This document shows positions 29,694 to 37,680 of a stretch of DNA of 64,000 nucleotides, piece by piece. The stretch's first letter is position 1, and each line of letters starts with the position of its first letter. Source of the DNA: Candidatus Kerfeldbacteria bacterium (GTDB taxonomy: Bacteria; Patescibacteriota; Patescibacteriia; UBA10025; JAHIVO01); assembly GCA_016214565.1 (NCBI GenBank), contig JACROE010000002.1, positions 792,007-856,006 of the forward strand, given 5' to 3'. A model generated the notes under the pieces. It saw nothing but the letters and a program-made list of their open reading frames with translations. It was not told the DNA's origin and searched no databases. Made by a program: the position numbers and the translations under genes.

Positions 29694-29702
29694 TGTGGAT
29701 AA
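29694..29702 (-). promoter_or_regulatory. Single consensus DnaA box
   Basis: TTATCCACA on the minus strand, about 10 bp upstream of the sRNA -35. Confidence 0.45.
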
Positions 29703-29772
29703 CTATTATTAATAAAAGGCCGTCTAAGCCGCTGTTTTGCGCTTGCAGGGCGCCAATGCTACAATAGGCTAT

Positions 29773-30846
29773 ATGCCATCTGATATTCTTGTTGCCATTA
29801 TTGGAGTGCTCATCCTGATTGGGGTGGTGGTTTTGATAGTGAATGCACGGAAGCAATTGGGAACCGGCGACGTATCGCCGGAGTTTTTTGAGAAGATGGT
29901 ACGATTAGAAGAGCGGATTACCCAGCTTAATGAAAAAAGCGGAGAAATGTCTCGCATGATGGACACGAAGCTTGGTGAATCAACCCGTGCCATCCAAGCG
30001 CAATTTGGGGAATCAGCGAAAATAGTGCAACACGTGACCGAGAAATTAACTCGTTTGGATGAAACCAACCGGCAGGTGCTCAATTTTTCTGATCAGCTCA
30101 AACGCCTCCAAGACACCCTGACGAATCCAAAACAGCGCGGGATCTTGGGTGAGTATTATTTGGAGGAAACGCTTAAAAATGTTTTACCGCCAAACTCGTA
30201 TCAAATGCAATACAAGTTTAAGGACGGCGAAATCGTCGATGCGGTGGTTTTTGTCAAAGACAAGATAATTCCAGTTGACTCGAAATTTTCACTAGAAAAT
30301 TACCAGCGCGTCTTGGACGCACCGGATGATGCTTCGCGTGAGCACTATGAAAAGCAGTTTAAGATTGACTTGAAAAATCGTATCGATGAAACTGCCAAAT
30401 ATGTTCGTCCGAGCGAAAAGACGATGGAATTCGCTTTCATGTTTATTCCCTCTGAAGCGATTTATTATGATCTGTTAGTTAATAAAGTTGGTGTCGTAAA
30501 AGTGGCCACACGGGATTTGATAGAATACGCGTTCAAAGAAAAGCATGTCGTGATTGTTTCGCCCACCAGTTTCTTAGCTTATTTGCAGACAGTCTTGCAA
30601 GGTTTACGGGCAATGCAGATTGAGGAATCAGCGGAAGAGATTCGGAAGAATGTGGAGGTATTATCGAAACACATCATGGCGTATGACAGCTATTTGCAAA
30701 AGCTCGGTCAGCATTTAGGCACTACCGTGAATACATATAACACTGCCTATAAAGAATTCAAAAAAATTGATAAGGACGTGGTAAAGATCGCCCAAAAGGG
30801 CGGAGAGGTCATACCGATAGAACTGCCACGCCCGCAGGACGAGTAA
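29773..30846 (+). CDS. rmuC: DNA recombination protein RmuC
   Basis: N-terminal TM and coil, NPKQRGILGE, PVDSKF, FAFMFIPSE, VSPTS. Confidence 0.93.
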   Translation: MPSDILVAIIGVLILIGVVVLIVNARKQLGTGDVSPEFFEKMVRLEERITQLNEKSGEMSRMMDTKLGESTRAIQAQFGESAKIVQHVTEKLTRLDETNRQVLNFSDQLKRLQDTLTNPKQRGILGEYYLEETLKNVLPPNSYQMQYKFKDGEIVDAVVFVKDKIIPVDSKFSLENYQRVLDAPDDASREHYEKQFKIDLKNRIDETAKYVRPSEKTMEFAFMFIPSEAIYYDLLVNKVGVVKVATRDLIEYAFKEKHVVIVSPTSFLAYLQTVLQGLRAMQIEESAEEIRKNVEVLSKHIMAYDSYLQKLGQHLGTTVNTYNTAYKEFKKIDKDVVKIAQKGGEVIPIELPRPQDE

Positions 30847-30853
30847 TATCCAT

Positions 30854-31249
30854 ATGGAAGAAACATCAATGCAAGCACAGCCAAATTCCCGTCAGATATT
30901 TTTTTGGCGGGTGGTGATTGGCGTGATGGGTACGTTGGGCGTGGGCGTCATTGTATTTATCATTTGGATGATTGTTACTTATTTCCAGGCGAATGCCTGG
31001 GCGCGGGTGCCGGCCTGCGGTGAACTGCGCAGTACTGCCGCTACACAGCAACTGCTGCAGCAATCCGCTGGACAGATTGACGGTATTAACGAGCGCGGAG
31101 GCAGCGATGTCGCTGTAAGTCCTCGCAGCGATTGCCCGGGCAAAGCCGTTATTCAAATGTATTATGGTACCCATAGCCAGGGCAGCGCTATTCGCGAGTT
31201 CCTCGGTGATACGTTTAATGGAGTGCCGTATCAAATGATGAATATATAA
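30854..31249 (+). CDS. Single-TM protein upstream of the ABC exporter
   Basis: TM followed by a Cys pair (PACGEL..CPGKA) and FNGVPY. Confidence 0.65.
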   Translation: MEETSMQAQPNSRQIFFWRVVIGVMGTLGVGVIVFIIWMIVTYFQANAWARVPACGELRSTAATQQLLQQSAGQIDGINERGGSDVAVSPRSDCPGKAVIQMYYGTHSQGSAIREFLGDTFNGVPYQMMNI

Positions 31250-31255
31250 GTCATC

Positions 31256-32062
31256 ATGTTATCCGTTCAAGGGTTAACAAAAAAATTTAACGATTTTACC
31301 GCCGTCAATGATATCTCTTTCGAGGCGCACGCCGGTGAGATTTTTGGCTTGCTTGGACCCAATGGCGCGGGTAAAACAACCACCATCCGCGTCATAGCGA
31401 CTGTGTTGCAACCAACTAGCGGTACGGCCACGGTGGCTGGTTTTGATATTGTGCAGCAGCCGGAAGAGGTTCGGCGGAACATTGGGTTACTGACCGCTGA
31501 CATCGGCCTGTATGACCGCTTCACGGCACGGGAGAATCTCCGCTATTTTGGCCGGTTGTACGGCATGGGCGGGGAGTCACTTGAGAATCGCATCAATGAT
31601 TTAGTTCGAATTTTGCACATGGAGCGATTTGCCGATCGCCGGGCGGGAAAATTTTCTACGGGCATGAAGCAGAAAGTGGCTATTGGCCGTTCGATTATCC
31701 ACGACCCAAAAGTTATCATGTTTGACGAACCAACTGCAGGACTGGATGTGCTCGCGGCACAAACGGTTATTGCTTTCATGCAGCAAGCGCGGGCAATGAA
31801 GAAATTAGTTGTACTGTCGACTCACGATATGTTTGACGCGGAGAAATTGTGCGATCGAGTTGCCATAATTCACCGTTCAGCACTGGTAGCGGAGGGTTCA
31901 GTTAAAGAACTTTTGGCACAGACAAAGCAATCAAATCTTGAAGCGGCTTTCACGAGTATCGTGGGCACCGAAGCAATGTTTGAGGCGCAAGCGGCAGCTG
32001 AAGAGAAACAGTTAGCCATGATGAACAGTAAAAAGAAAGGTTTGTTTGGTCGATGGAAATAA
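31256..32062 (+). CDS. ABC transporter ATP-binding protein (NatA-like)
   Basis: [25 protein letters not shown]. Confidence 0.92.
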   Translation: MLSVQGLTKKFNDFTAVNDISFEAHAGEIFGLLGPNGAGKTTTIRVIATVLQPTSGTATVAGFDIVQQPEEVRRNIGLLTADIGLYDRFTARENLRYFGRLYGMGGESLENRINDLVRILHMERFADRRAGKFSTGMKQKVAIGRSIIHDPKVIMFDEPTAGLDVLAAQTVIAFMQQARAMKKLVVLSTHDMFDAEKLCDRVAIIHRSALVAEGSVKELLAQTKQSNLEAAFTSIVGTEAMFEAQAAAEEKQLAMMNSKKKGLFGRWK

Positions 32063-32063
32063 T

Positions 32064-33251
32064 ATGAAAGAAATTTTAACGGTTTGTACAAAAGAATTAT
32101 TGGATAATATTCGCGACCGGCGGACGCTGATGACGGCTATCCTCATGCCCATTATCCTCATGCCAATTATCCTTATTGGTTCATTTAAATTGCAGGAATA
32201 TCAAATCAAGCAAGCTGAAGAAAAAGTCGCCATCGTTGCGTTAAGTGATCAAGCGGTTTCTCCAGTGTTAACCGAGTATCTCAAATCGCAGGATAAGATA
32301 GAACTTGCCCCGACAACTGACTATGCAGCAGATATTGAGGCAGGTACTCTGGCCCTATATATTGAAGTACCCGAATCATTTCAGTCATCGCTTGATGCTG
32401 AGGTGCCAACCTCATTGATCATTCATTATAAGAGTTCAAAGACTGACTCAACCACAGCATTAACGAAAGTGATGGCGGTTTTGGAATCATTTAACCAAAT
32501 TGAGGCGACACAACGTCTAACGGCAAAAGGTCTTGATCCGCAATTGATGACCAGCGTTATTCCCCAAGCTCAAGATATCGCCTCAGCAGAAGAGCGTGGC
32601 GGTTTCTTTGTCGGATTTCTGTTACCCATGTTTATTGTTATCTTTGCCATTGTCGGTGGCATGTATGTGGCGATCGACGTGTCAGCTGGGGAAAAAGAGC
32701 GAAAAACATTAGAAGCATTACTGTTGGTGCCTATATCGCGGTTCAAAATTGTGATGGGCAAATATCTTGCAGTTACAGTTATGGCAGTAGTTACCATCAT
32801 GTTGTCGATTGCCTCGTTGTATACTTCATTTAGATTCTATACGCCGAGTCTGGGGGCAGAGGGGGATATCGTAATTAATCTGACCCCAGGTGCCATTGGG
32901 GTGATGCTTGGGATTGGTGCGATTTTGGCTGTGATGTTTTCTGGATTGTTACTTTCAGTGGCTATTTTTGCAAAAAGCTATAAAGAGGCACAAAATTATA
33001 TTTCGCCATTTTATTTATTAGCGGTGCTACCGGTTGGGATTGCTAATTCTTTGCCTAGTTTTCAGCCAAGTTTGATTATGTTTGTGATTCCTGGTATGAA
33101 TGCCGTATTTGTCATGAAAGAAGTGTTATTAGGAATATATGATTGGCCGCATATTGTCGTTACGCTTGTTTCTTTATTGGTTTTTGCGGGAGCAGGGATC
33201 ATCGTGGCAAGTAAGATTTATTCTAGGGAAGGCATCCTGTTTCGGGATTAA
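32064..33251 (+). CDS. ABC-2 permease (NatB-like)
   Basis: KELLDNIRDRRT, AGEKERKTLEALL, GKYLA, AKSYKEAQ. Confidence 0.88.
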   Translation: MKEILTVCTKELLDNIRDRRTLMTAILMPIILMPIILIGSFKLQEYQIKQAEEKVAIVALSDQAVSPVLTEYLKSQDKIELAPTTDYAADIEAGTLALYIEVPESFQSSLDAEVPTSLIIHYKSSKTDSTTALTKVMAVLESFNQIEATQRLTAKGLDPQLMTSVIPQAQDIASAEERGGFFVGFLLPMFIVIFAIVGGMYVAIDVSAGEKERKTLEALLLVPISRFKIVMGKYLAVTVMAVVTIMLSIASLYTSFRFYTPSLGAEGDIVINLTPGAIGVMLGIGAILAVMFSGLLLSVAIFAKSYKEAQNYISPFYLLAVLPVGIANSLPSFQPSLIMFVIPGMNAVFVMKEVLLGIYDWPHIVVTLVSLLVFAGAGIIVASKIYSREGILFRD

Positions 33252-33355
33252 AAAGTTGTAAAATTCGCTTTACTTTCGTCTTGACGAGACGGGCTGGTTT
33301 CGCTATGGTGGCGCTAGGAAAACAAGCGACAATTCAAACAAACAGAGGCCATTCC

Positions 33356-33775
33356 ATGCAAATTTCCAACGTCCAGCGTACCATTGCCCGTGCGGTGATC
33401 GGGTACTTTTTCCGAGAGGAAAATTCCGGGTATATCGGTGAAACGAAAGTATATAACTTTTTTCGGTCAGGAATTCCATCGACAAAAACACCGGTTCCGG
33501 TAGTGAGATTGCCCAGCGATCGGCTGATTGATTTGCCTATTGGTTTTGCTGATCCAGTCAGTCTGTGTTGGTATCTCGAGGAGGCGTTAGGCATCCCCCG
33601 CATTCCCCGCGAGCGTCGCCGGCGGATCCCTACCGTTGAGGACATCCAGGATCTTCCGGTACTCGCCAATCGACATGCTGATTTCGATATGACGATCGAA
33701 TCGTTTGCCCGTGGCTTAGCTACCTGGCTCAAGCGTCGTCATCCTGACGTATTACAGCGATTGCACGTCGCGTAA
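33356..33775 (+). CDS. Hypothetical protein with a degenerate acyl-carrier-protein-like segment
   Basis: DLPIGFADPVSLCWYLEEALGIPRIP....IPTVED aligns by eye to ACP helices II-IV; TTGACG-N17-TATGGT promoter; terminator at about 33801-33838. Confidence 0.5.
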   Translation: MQISNVQRTIARAVIGYFFREENSGYIGETKVYNFFRSGIPSTKTPVPVVRLPSDRLIDLPIGFADPVSLCWYLEEALGIPRIPRERRRRIPTVEDIQDLPVLANRHADFDMTIESFARGLATWLKRRHPDVLQRLHVA

Positions 33776-33857
33776 CCTGGCTTTTCGCCAGACAAAATGC
33801 ACCCCACGTTGTTCATATGATCAGCGTGGGGTTTCTTATAATTGGTTGTATCGGTTG

Positions 33858-34124
33858 TTAACCGATCTGAAGTTCGGCAAAGAGCGTGCCGGCCATTTCG
33901 TGAAAATCCACGATCCGTCCCTGGTGGGAGGTGGGGGGCTGGTTGAAGCGTTCACGAGCGATGTCCACGGTGCGGTTTGTGTGGCTTTCGATGATCTGCC
34001 GTTGATCGGGAGTGATGGCAATTTTGATGGTGCCATTTGGGAGTGCGCGATTGATGAGAACATTCGCGCTCGGGACAGTTAGGCTATGATTTTTGCCTGG
34101 AAACTTGGAAACGACAAGGTGCAT
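33858..34124 (-). CDS. 88-aa orphan protein (stand-alone unit)
   Basis: GGAGG-N6-ATG; TTGACA(34194-34189)-N16-TAGAGT. Confidence 0.6.
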   Translation of the reverse strand: MHLVVSKFPGKNHSLTVPSANVLINRALPNGTIKIAITPDQRQIIESHTNRTVDIARERFNQPPTSHQGRIVDFHEMAGTLFAELQIG

Positions 34125-34203
34125 GAGAAACCTCCAGTGGTGGGGCTAAGGTTGAGTGTTAGCTACACTCTATCAGTCATTTGGCGTATGTCAATATCAT
34201 TAT

Positions 34204-34236
34204 AAAAAACCCGCCAAACTCTTTGTTTGACGGGTT
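34204..34236 (-). terminator. Terminator of the SAM-riboswitch-controlled unit
   Basis: AACCCGTCAAAC..GTTTGGCGGGTT followed by a T-tract. Confidence 0.75.
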
Positions 34237-34258
34237 GATGATAGTTAGCTCTACAGTC

Positions 34259-34474
34259 TTACACGTGGAAAACCACTACGGCGACATTTGGGTTATCGGT
34301 ACACGGAGAGATGCAGCCAACTTGGTTGTCGTGTGAATTTTTCTCGAAAATCCACAAGATGGTTTGATTCAACGGTTGGGGAAAGGGCGGCTTCCGGATG
34401 GTATATCCGGCCTGTCGGAGCTGCCGGGTGGCGCGGCGGCTTGCTCGGCGATATGCGCTATTGTGTGGTGCCAT
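34259..34474 (-). CDS. 71-aa basic orphan protein downstream of the SAM-I riboswitch
   Basis: GGAGG-N9-ATG; Arg-rich N-terminus; the only SD-led ORF between the riboswitch terminator and the next terminator. Confidence 0.65.
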   Translation of the reverse strand: MAPHNSAYRRASRRATRQLRQAGYTIRKPPFPQPLNQTILWIFEKNSHDNQVGCISPCTDNPNVAVVVFHV

Positions 34475-34524
34475 GGGTTTTGTCCTCCAAGAACGATGTT
34501 TGTATGATTTTTATTTAATTACAC

Positions 34525-34549
34525 AAAAAAATCTCCGATGTACGGAGAT
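34525..34549 (-). terminator. Riboswitch expression-platform terminator
   Basis: ATCTCCG-TACAT-CGGAGAT followed by a T-tract; its 5' arm can pair instead with GGAAGATA from the aptamer 3' strand. Confidence 0.8.
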
Positions 34550-34560
34550 AGTAATGATTG

Positions 34561-34731
34561 AATATTATCTTCCCCGTGAACGGGCAGGAATGAGCACCTT
34601 TCGATTCCTCAAAAAAAGAGGAGGCCCGTTCGGCTTCATCCGGCATTGCCGGATTCCGCTCAGGGCACTTCGTGGTTGCTGGAACGGCATTGGGCCTGAT
34701 CCCTTTGCATCCGTTCACTCTTGATAATGTT
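34561..34731 (-). ncRNA. SAM-I (S-box) riboswitch aptamer, variant
   Basis: P1 AUUAUC/GAUAAU; AUCAAGAG; P2 GAACG/CGUUC with GGG-AUCAGG-CCC; P3 AGCAACC/GGUGCU; pseudoknot CAGG/CCUG; P4 CCCG-UUCA-CGGG; J4/1 GAAGAU. Confidence 0.88.
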
Positions 34732-34752
34732 AATTGTTAATGTGTGAATATC

Positions 34753-34782
34753 AGGCTATCACAAATTAAAAATAATTGTCAA
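34753..34782 (-). promoter_or_regulatory. Sigma70 promoter of the riboswitch transcript
   Basis: TTGACA-N18-TAGCCT with extended TG, followed by boxA-like CACATTAACAA. Confidence 0.65.
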
Positions 34783-34978
34783 AATGATTTTTATAAATTG
34801 TACTAAGGTTAGCGAAAATCACATGATCCACCCATTTTTTAAAAGTCTGGGTCTTGATTTATTCGCCGACTTGTACTAGTATGAAGTCCATCTTAAGGTT
34901 AAAAACTGTTAGTATTTCTCTAACCTTAGCGATTAATTGTACTTTTGACCTATCGAATTTATCCGCCAGAAATTTTCT

Positions 34979-35257
34979 ATGGAGAAACCTATTGAAAAAG
35001 CATGGTGGCAGCCAGCACTTGCGGTATTTGGTGAAGTTACCGGCTGGATCGTCGCACCGATTTTATTGGCGCTTTTTGGCGGTCGGTGGCTCGATGAGCG
35101 ATTCCAGACTGACCCCTGGTTTTATCTGGGATTGACGGCACTGGCCGTTACGATTACCGTCGTCGGTTTAGTCAAAATTGGAGGAAAATATATTCGACAA
35201 GTCGAAAACATGAAAACAACTAAGAAGCCAGATGAGCGAAACAACCGAACAACTTGA
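34979..35257 (+). CDS. AtpZ/AtpI-family ATP synthase accessory protein
   Basis: GWIVAPI..GGRWLDERFQTDPW; first gene of the atp operon. Confidence 0.8.
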   Translation: MEKPIEKAWWQPALAVFGEVTGWIVAPILLALFGGRWLDERFQTDPWFYLGLTALAVTITVVGLVKIGGKYIRQVENMKTTKKPDERNNRTT

Positions 35258-36134
35258 AGTGACCGTCCAAAACACCGATACGACTATCGGCGGGGTGGAG
35301 GCTGCCGTGGCAGAAACTGAAACGACGACCGAGGCTGGCCATGAGCCGACATTATTTGCCGAACCGATTGCGCATCTTGGCGGTTTTACGGTCACTAATT
35401 CATTATTGAATTCATGGTTAGCCGTTGCCATCATTTGTCTCTTAGCATTTTTTGTGAGTCGAAAAGTGAAGCAAATCCCGCGCGGTATTCAGAATGTATT
35501 TGAAATAGTCGTTGATGGCGCTATGAAGCTGGCTGATTCCGTGACGGGCAAGCGGGCTATAACCGAGAAAATATTTCCTTTTGTTTTTACGCTTTTCCTG
35601 TTTGTATTAATCAACAATTGGCTGGGGTTAATCCCGGGCATTGGTTCCATCGGTTTTCTAGAAATGGAAGAAGGGCATGAAATATTTGTTCCGCTGTTTC
35701 GTGGTGGTACCGCCGATTTGAATACGACGTTAGCACTCGCCATATTCACCGTGATTGGTTCGAACGTGTTTGGCATTTTGATTGTCGGCGGATGGAAATA
35801 TTTTAATAAATTCGTCAATGTACAAGCGTTGGTTGCAATTCCCGGGAAAGTGATCAAGGAGCCCACGTCAATTATTGTGAATCCTATTAAGTTTTTTGTC
35901 GGCATTATTGAAATTATTGGAGAGGTGGCAAAGATTGCCTCACTGTCATTCCGGTTATTTGGTAATATATTTGCAGGTGAAGTATTATTGGCCTCGATGG
36001 CGGTGATATTTGCGTTTGTGTTGCCCATCCCATTTATGTTTTTGGAAATCATTGTTGGTTTGATTCAAGCCCTGATATTCAGTATGCTGACGTTGGTGTA
36101 TTTCTCAGTAGCTGCCTCTAGTGAAGAGCACTAG
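35232..36134 (+). CDS. atpB: ATP synthase Fo subunit a
   Basis: PRGIQN, NNWLGLIPG, TADLN, SLSFRLFGNIFAGE, QALIF. Confidence 0.96.
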   Translation: MSETTEQLEVTVQNTDTTIGGVEAAVAETETTTEAGHEPTLFAEPIAHLGGFTVTNSLLNSWLAVAIICLLAFFVSRKVKQIPRGIQNVFEIVVDGAMKLADSVTGKRAITEKIFPFVFTLFLFVLINNWLGLIPGIGSIGFLEMEEGHEIFVPLFRGGTADLNTTLALAIFTVIGSNVFGILIVGGWKYFNKFVNVQALVAIPGKVIKEPTSIIVNPIKFFVGIIEIIGEVAKIASLSFRLFGNIFAGEVLLASMAVIFAFVLPIPFMFLEIIVGLIQALIFSMLTLVYFSVAASSEEH

Positions 36135-36208
36135 TTCATTTCATTAATTAATCAAGTACAGTCAGGTCACCGACGTAAAACTCAAAATATACCGTCGAGT
36201 AGGCATGA

Positions 36209-36454
<246 letters not shown>

Positions 36455-36534
36455 TCAATTAACCATCAGTTGTCCAATTGCCCTACGGGTGCTGGACAAC
36501 TGCGGTTAGCAGATTAATCACTACAACATTATTT

Positions 36535-37044
36535 ATGGAAGAATTGGTACAAACATTTCACATTGATTGGAAATTACTCATTGCCCAGCTGATCAATTTT
36601 GGTATTGTTTTGGCAGTGTTATATTTCTTCGCCCTGAAACCATTATTGAAAATAATGAACAAGCGCTCGTCAGATATTGAACAGAGCCTGACCGATGCCA
36701 AACGCATCGAAGAACAATTGAAATCTGCTGAAGTAGAAAAAGAAAAGATTGTTACGGAAGCAAAAAAAGAAGCGCAGATTATTGCGGCACAAGCAGTCGC
36801 CGAAGCAGAAAAAATCCGCGAAGCAAAAGTGCATCAGACTCGCGAGGAAATGGAACGGATGACCGAGCGCGCTAAGCAGGAGATTGCCTCTGAGAAAGAT
36901 CAGATGCTTAAAGAAGCCAAACAAGAACTAGCTGATTTGGTCGTCACCGCCAGTGCTAAAGTTATTGGAAAAGAATTAGACGCGAAAACTCATCATACCT
37001 TAATTCAGAATACGATTACTCACGCTTCTGATAAACATGTCTAA
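36535..37044 (+). CDS. atpF: ATP synthase Fo subunit b
   Basis: IDWKLLIAQLINF..KPL..R followed by a coiled coil. Confidence 0.93.
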   Translation: MEELVQTFHIDWKLLIAQLINFGIVLAVLYFFALKPLLKIMNKRSSDIEQSLTDAKRIEEQLKSAEVEKEKIVTEAKKEAQIIAAQAVAEAEKIREAKVHQTREEMERMTERAKQEIASEKDQMLKEAKQELADLVVTASAKVIGKELDAKTHHTLIQNTITHASDKHV

Positions 37045-37438
37045 GATTACTCCCCGACAATACGCCGTAAGTTTATACGAGTCTGTGGTAGGTAAGACTC
37101 ATGCTCAGATTGAACCATTGCTGCACTCATTTTTGGCTTTACTGCAGGAACACCGGGCGTTGTCACAGGCGGATAAAATTTTGACCGCCTTTCGTACGTA
37201 TGCCTATCAGCAAGAAGACATCGTGGCCGTGACGGCTACGACCGCGCATGAGATTGATCACGCTACGACCGCATCGATTATTAAAAGCTTAGAAAGCGCA
37301 TTGGACAAGAAAGTGGTATTGCAGCCAGCGGTTGATCCAGAGCAGATTGGCGGATTGAAAGTGCGATTTGGCGATGTGGTGGTTGACGGCAGTATTCGTA
37401 CAAAATTAGCGGCATTGAAAGATCATTTGCAAAAATAA
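37037..37438 (+). CDS. atpH: ATP synthase F1 subunit delta (short form)
   Basis: RQYAVSLY, VDPEQIGG..GDVVVDGSIRTKL. Confidence 0.9.
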   Translation: MSKITPRQYAVSLYESVVGKTHAQIEPLLHSFLALLQEHRALSQADKILTAFRTYAYQQEDIVAVTATTAHEIDHATTASIIKSLESALDKKVVLQPAVDPEQIGGLKVRFGDVVVDGSIRTKLAALKDHLQK

Positions 37439-37466
37439 AAAGGAGCCGATCATTATGACCGACTCC
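37431..37466 (-). terminator. Minus-strand-specific terminator within the atp operon
   Basis: GGAGTCGGTCAT-A-ATGATCGGCTCC followed by TTTTATTTTT; no T-tract on the + strand. Confidence 0.75.
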
Positions 37467-37492
37467 AGTGAGAGAGGGGACGGCGTAGGCAT

Positions 37493-37603
37493 CTACGCGA
37501 TAATCATGAACCACATCTTGCACAGTGGATTCAGGCATTCAAGCCAACCAGTTCCCTGACAGGGGGCCTGACAATGCGGGCAGTTGCACTCATGTGCTTC
37601 CAT
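37493..37603 (-). CDS. 36-aa Cys-rich (Zn-ribbon-like) microprotein antisense to the atp operon (not in the ORF track)
   Basis: MEAHECNCPHCQAPCQGTGWLECLNPLCKMWFMIIA; GGAGG-N7-ATG; TTGACA(37687-37682)-N18-TAGGGT; own terminator. Confidence 0.7.
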   Translation of the reverse strand: MEAHECNCPHCQAPCQGTGWLECLNPLCKMWFMIIA

Positions 37604-37680
37604 GTATAACCTCCAATCTAAACGTTAAGAACTATTTTAATCAATATTTTACCTAATACCCTAGCACAGTTAATAAAAAT

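Noticed and set aside
29466-29772. Replication origin
   Set aside because: Only one DnaA box, no dnaA/dnaN nearby, and the region is better explained by a promoter-terminator unit.
34515-34718. ORF-track entries 34515-34718(-), 34398-34724(+) and 34288-34518(+)
   Set aside because: They overlap the SAM aptamer, its terminator or the SD-led 71-aa ORF and have no ribosome-binding support.
37281-37538. 85-aa minus-strand ORF from the track
   Set aside because: It overlaps atpH and crosses a terminator; the SD-supported ORF is 37603-37493 in another frame.
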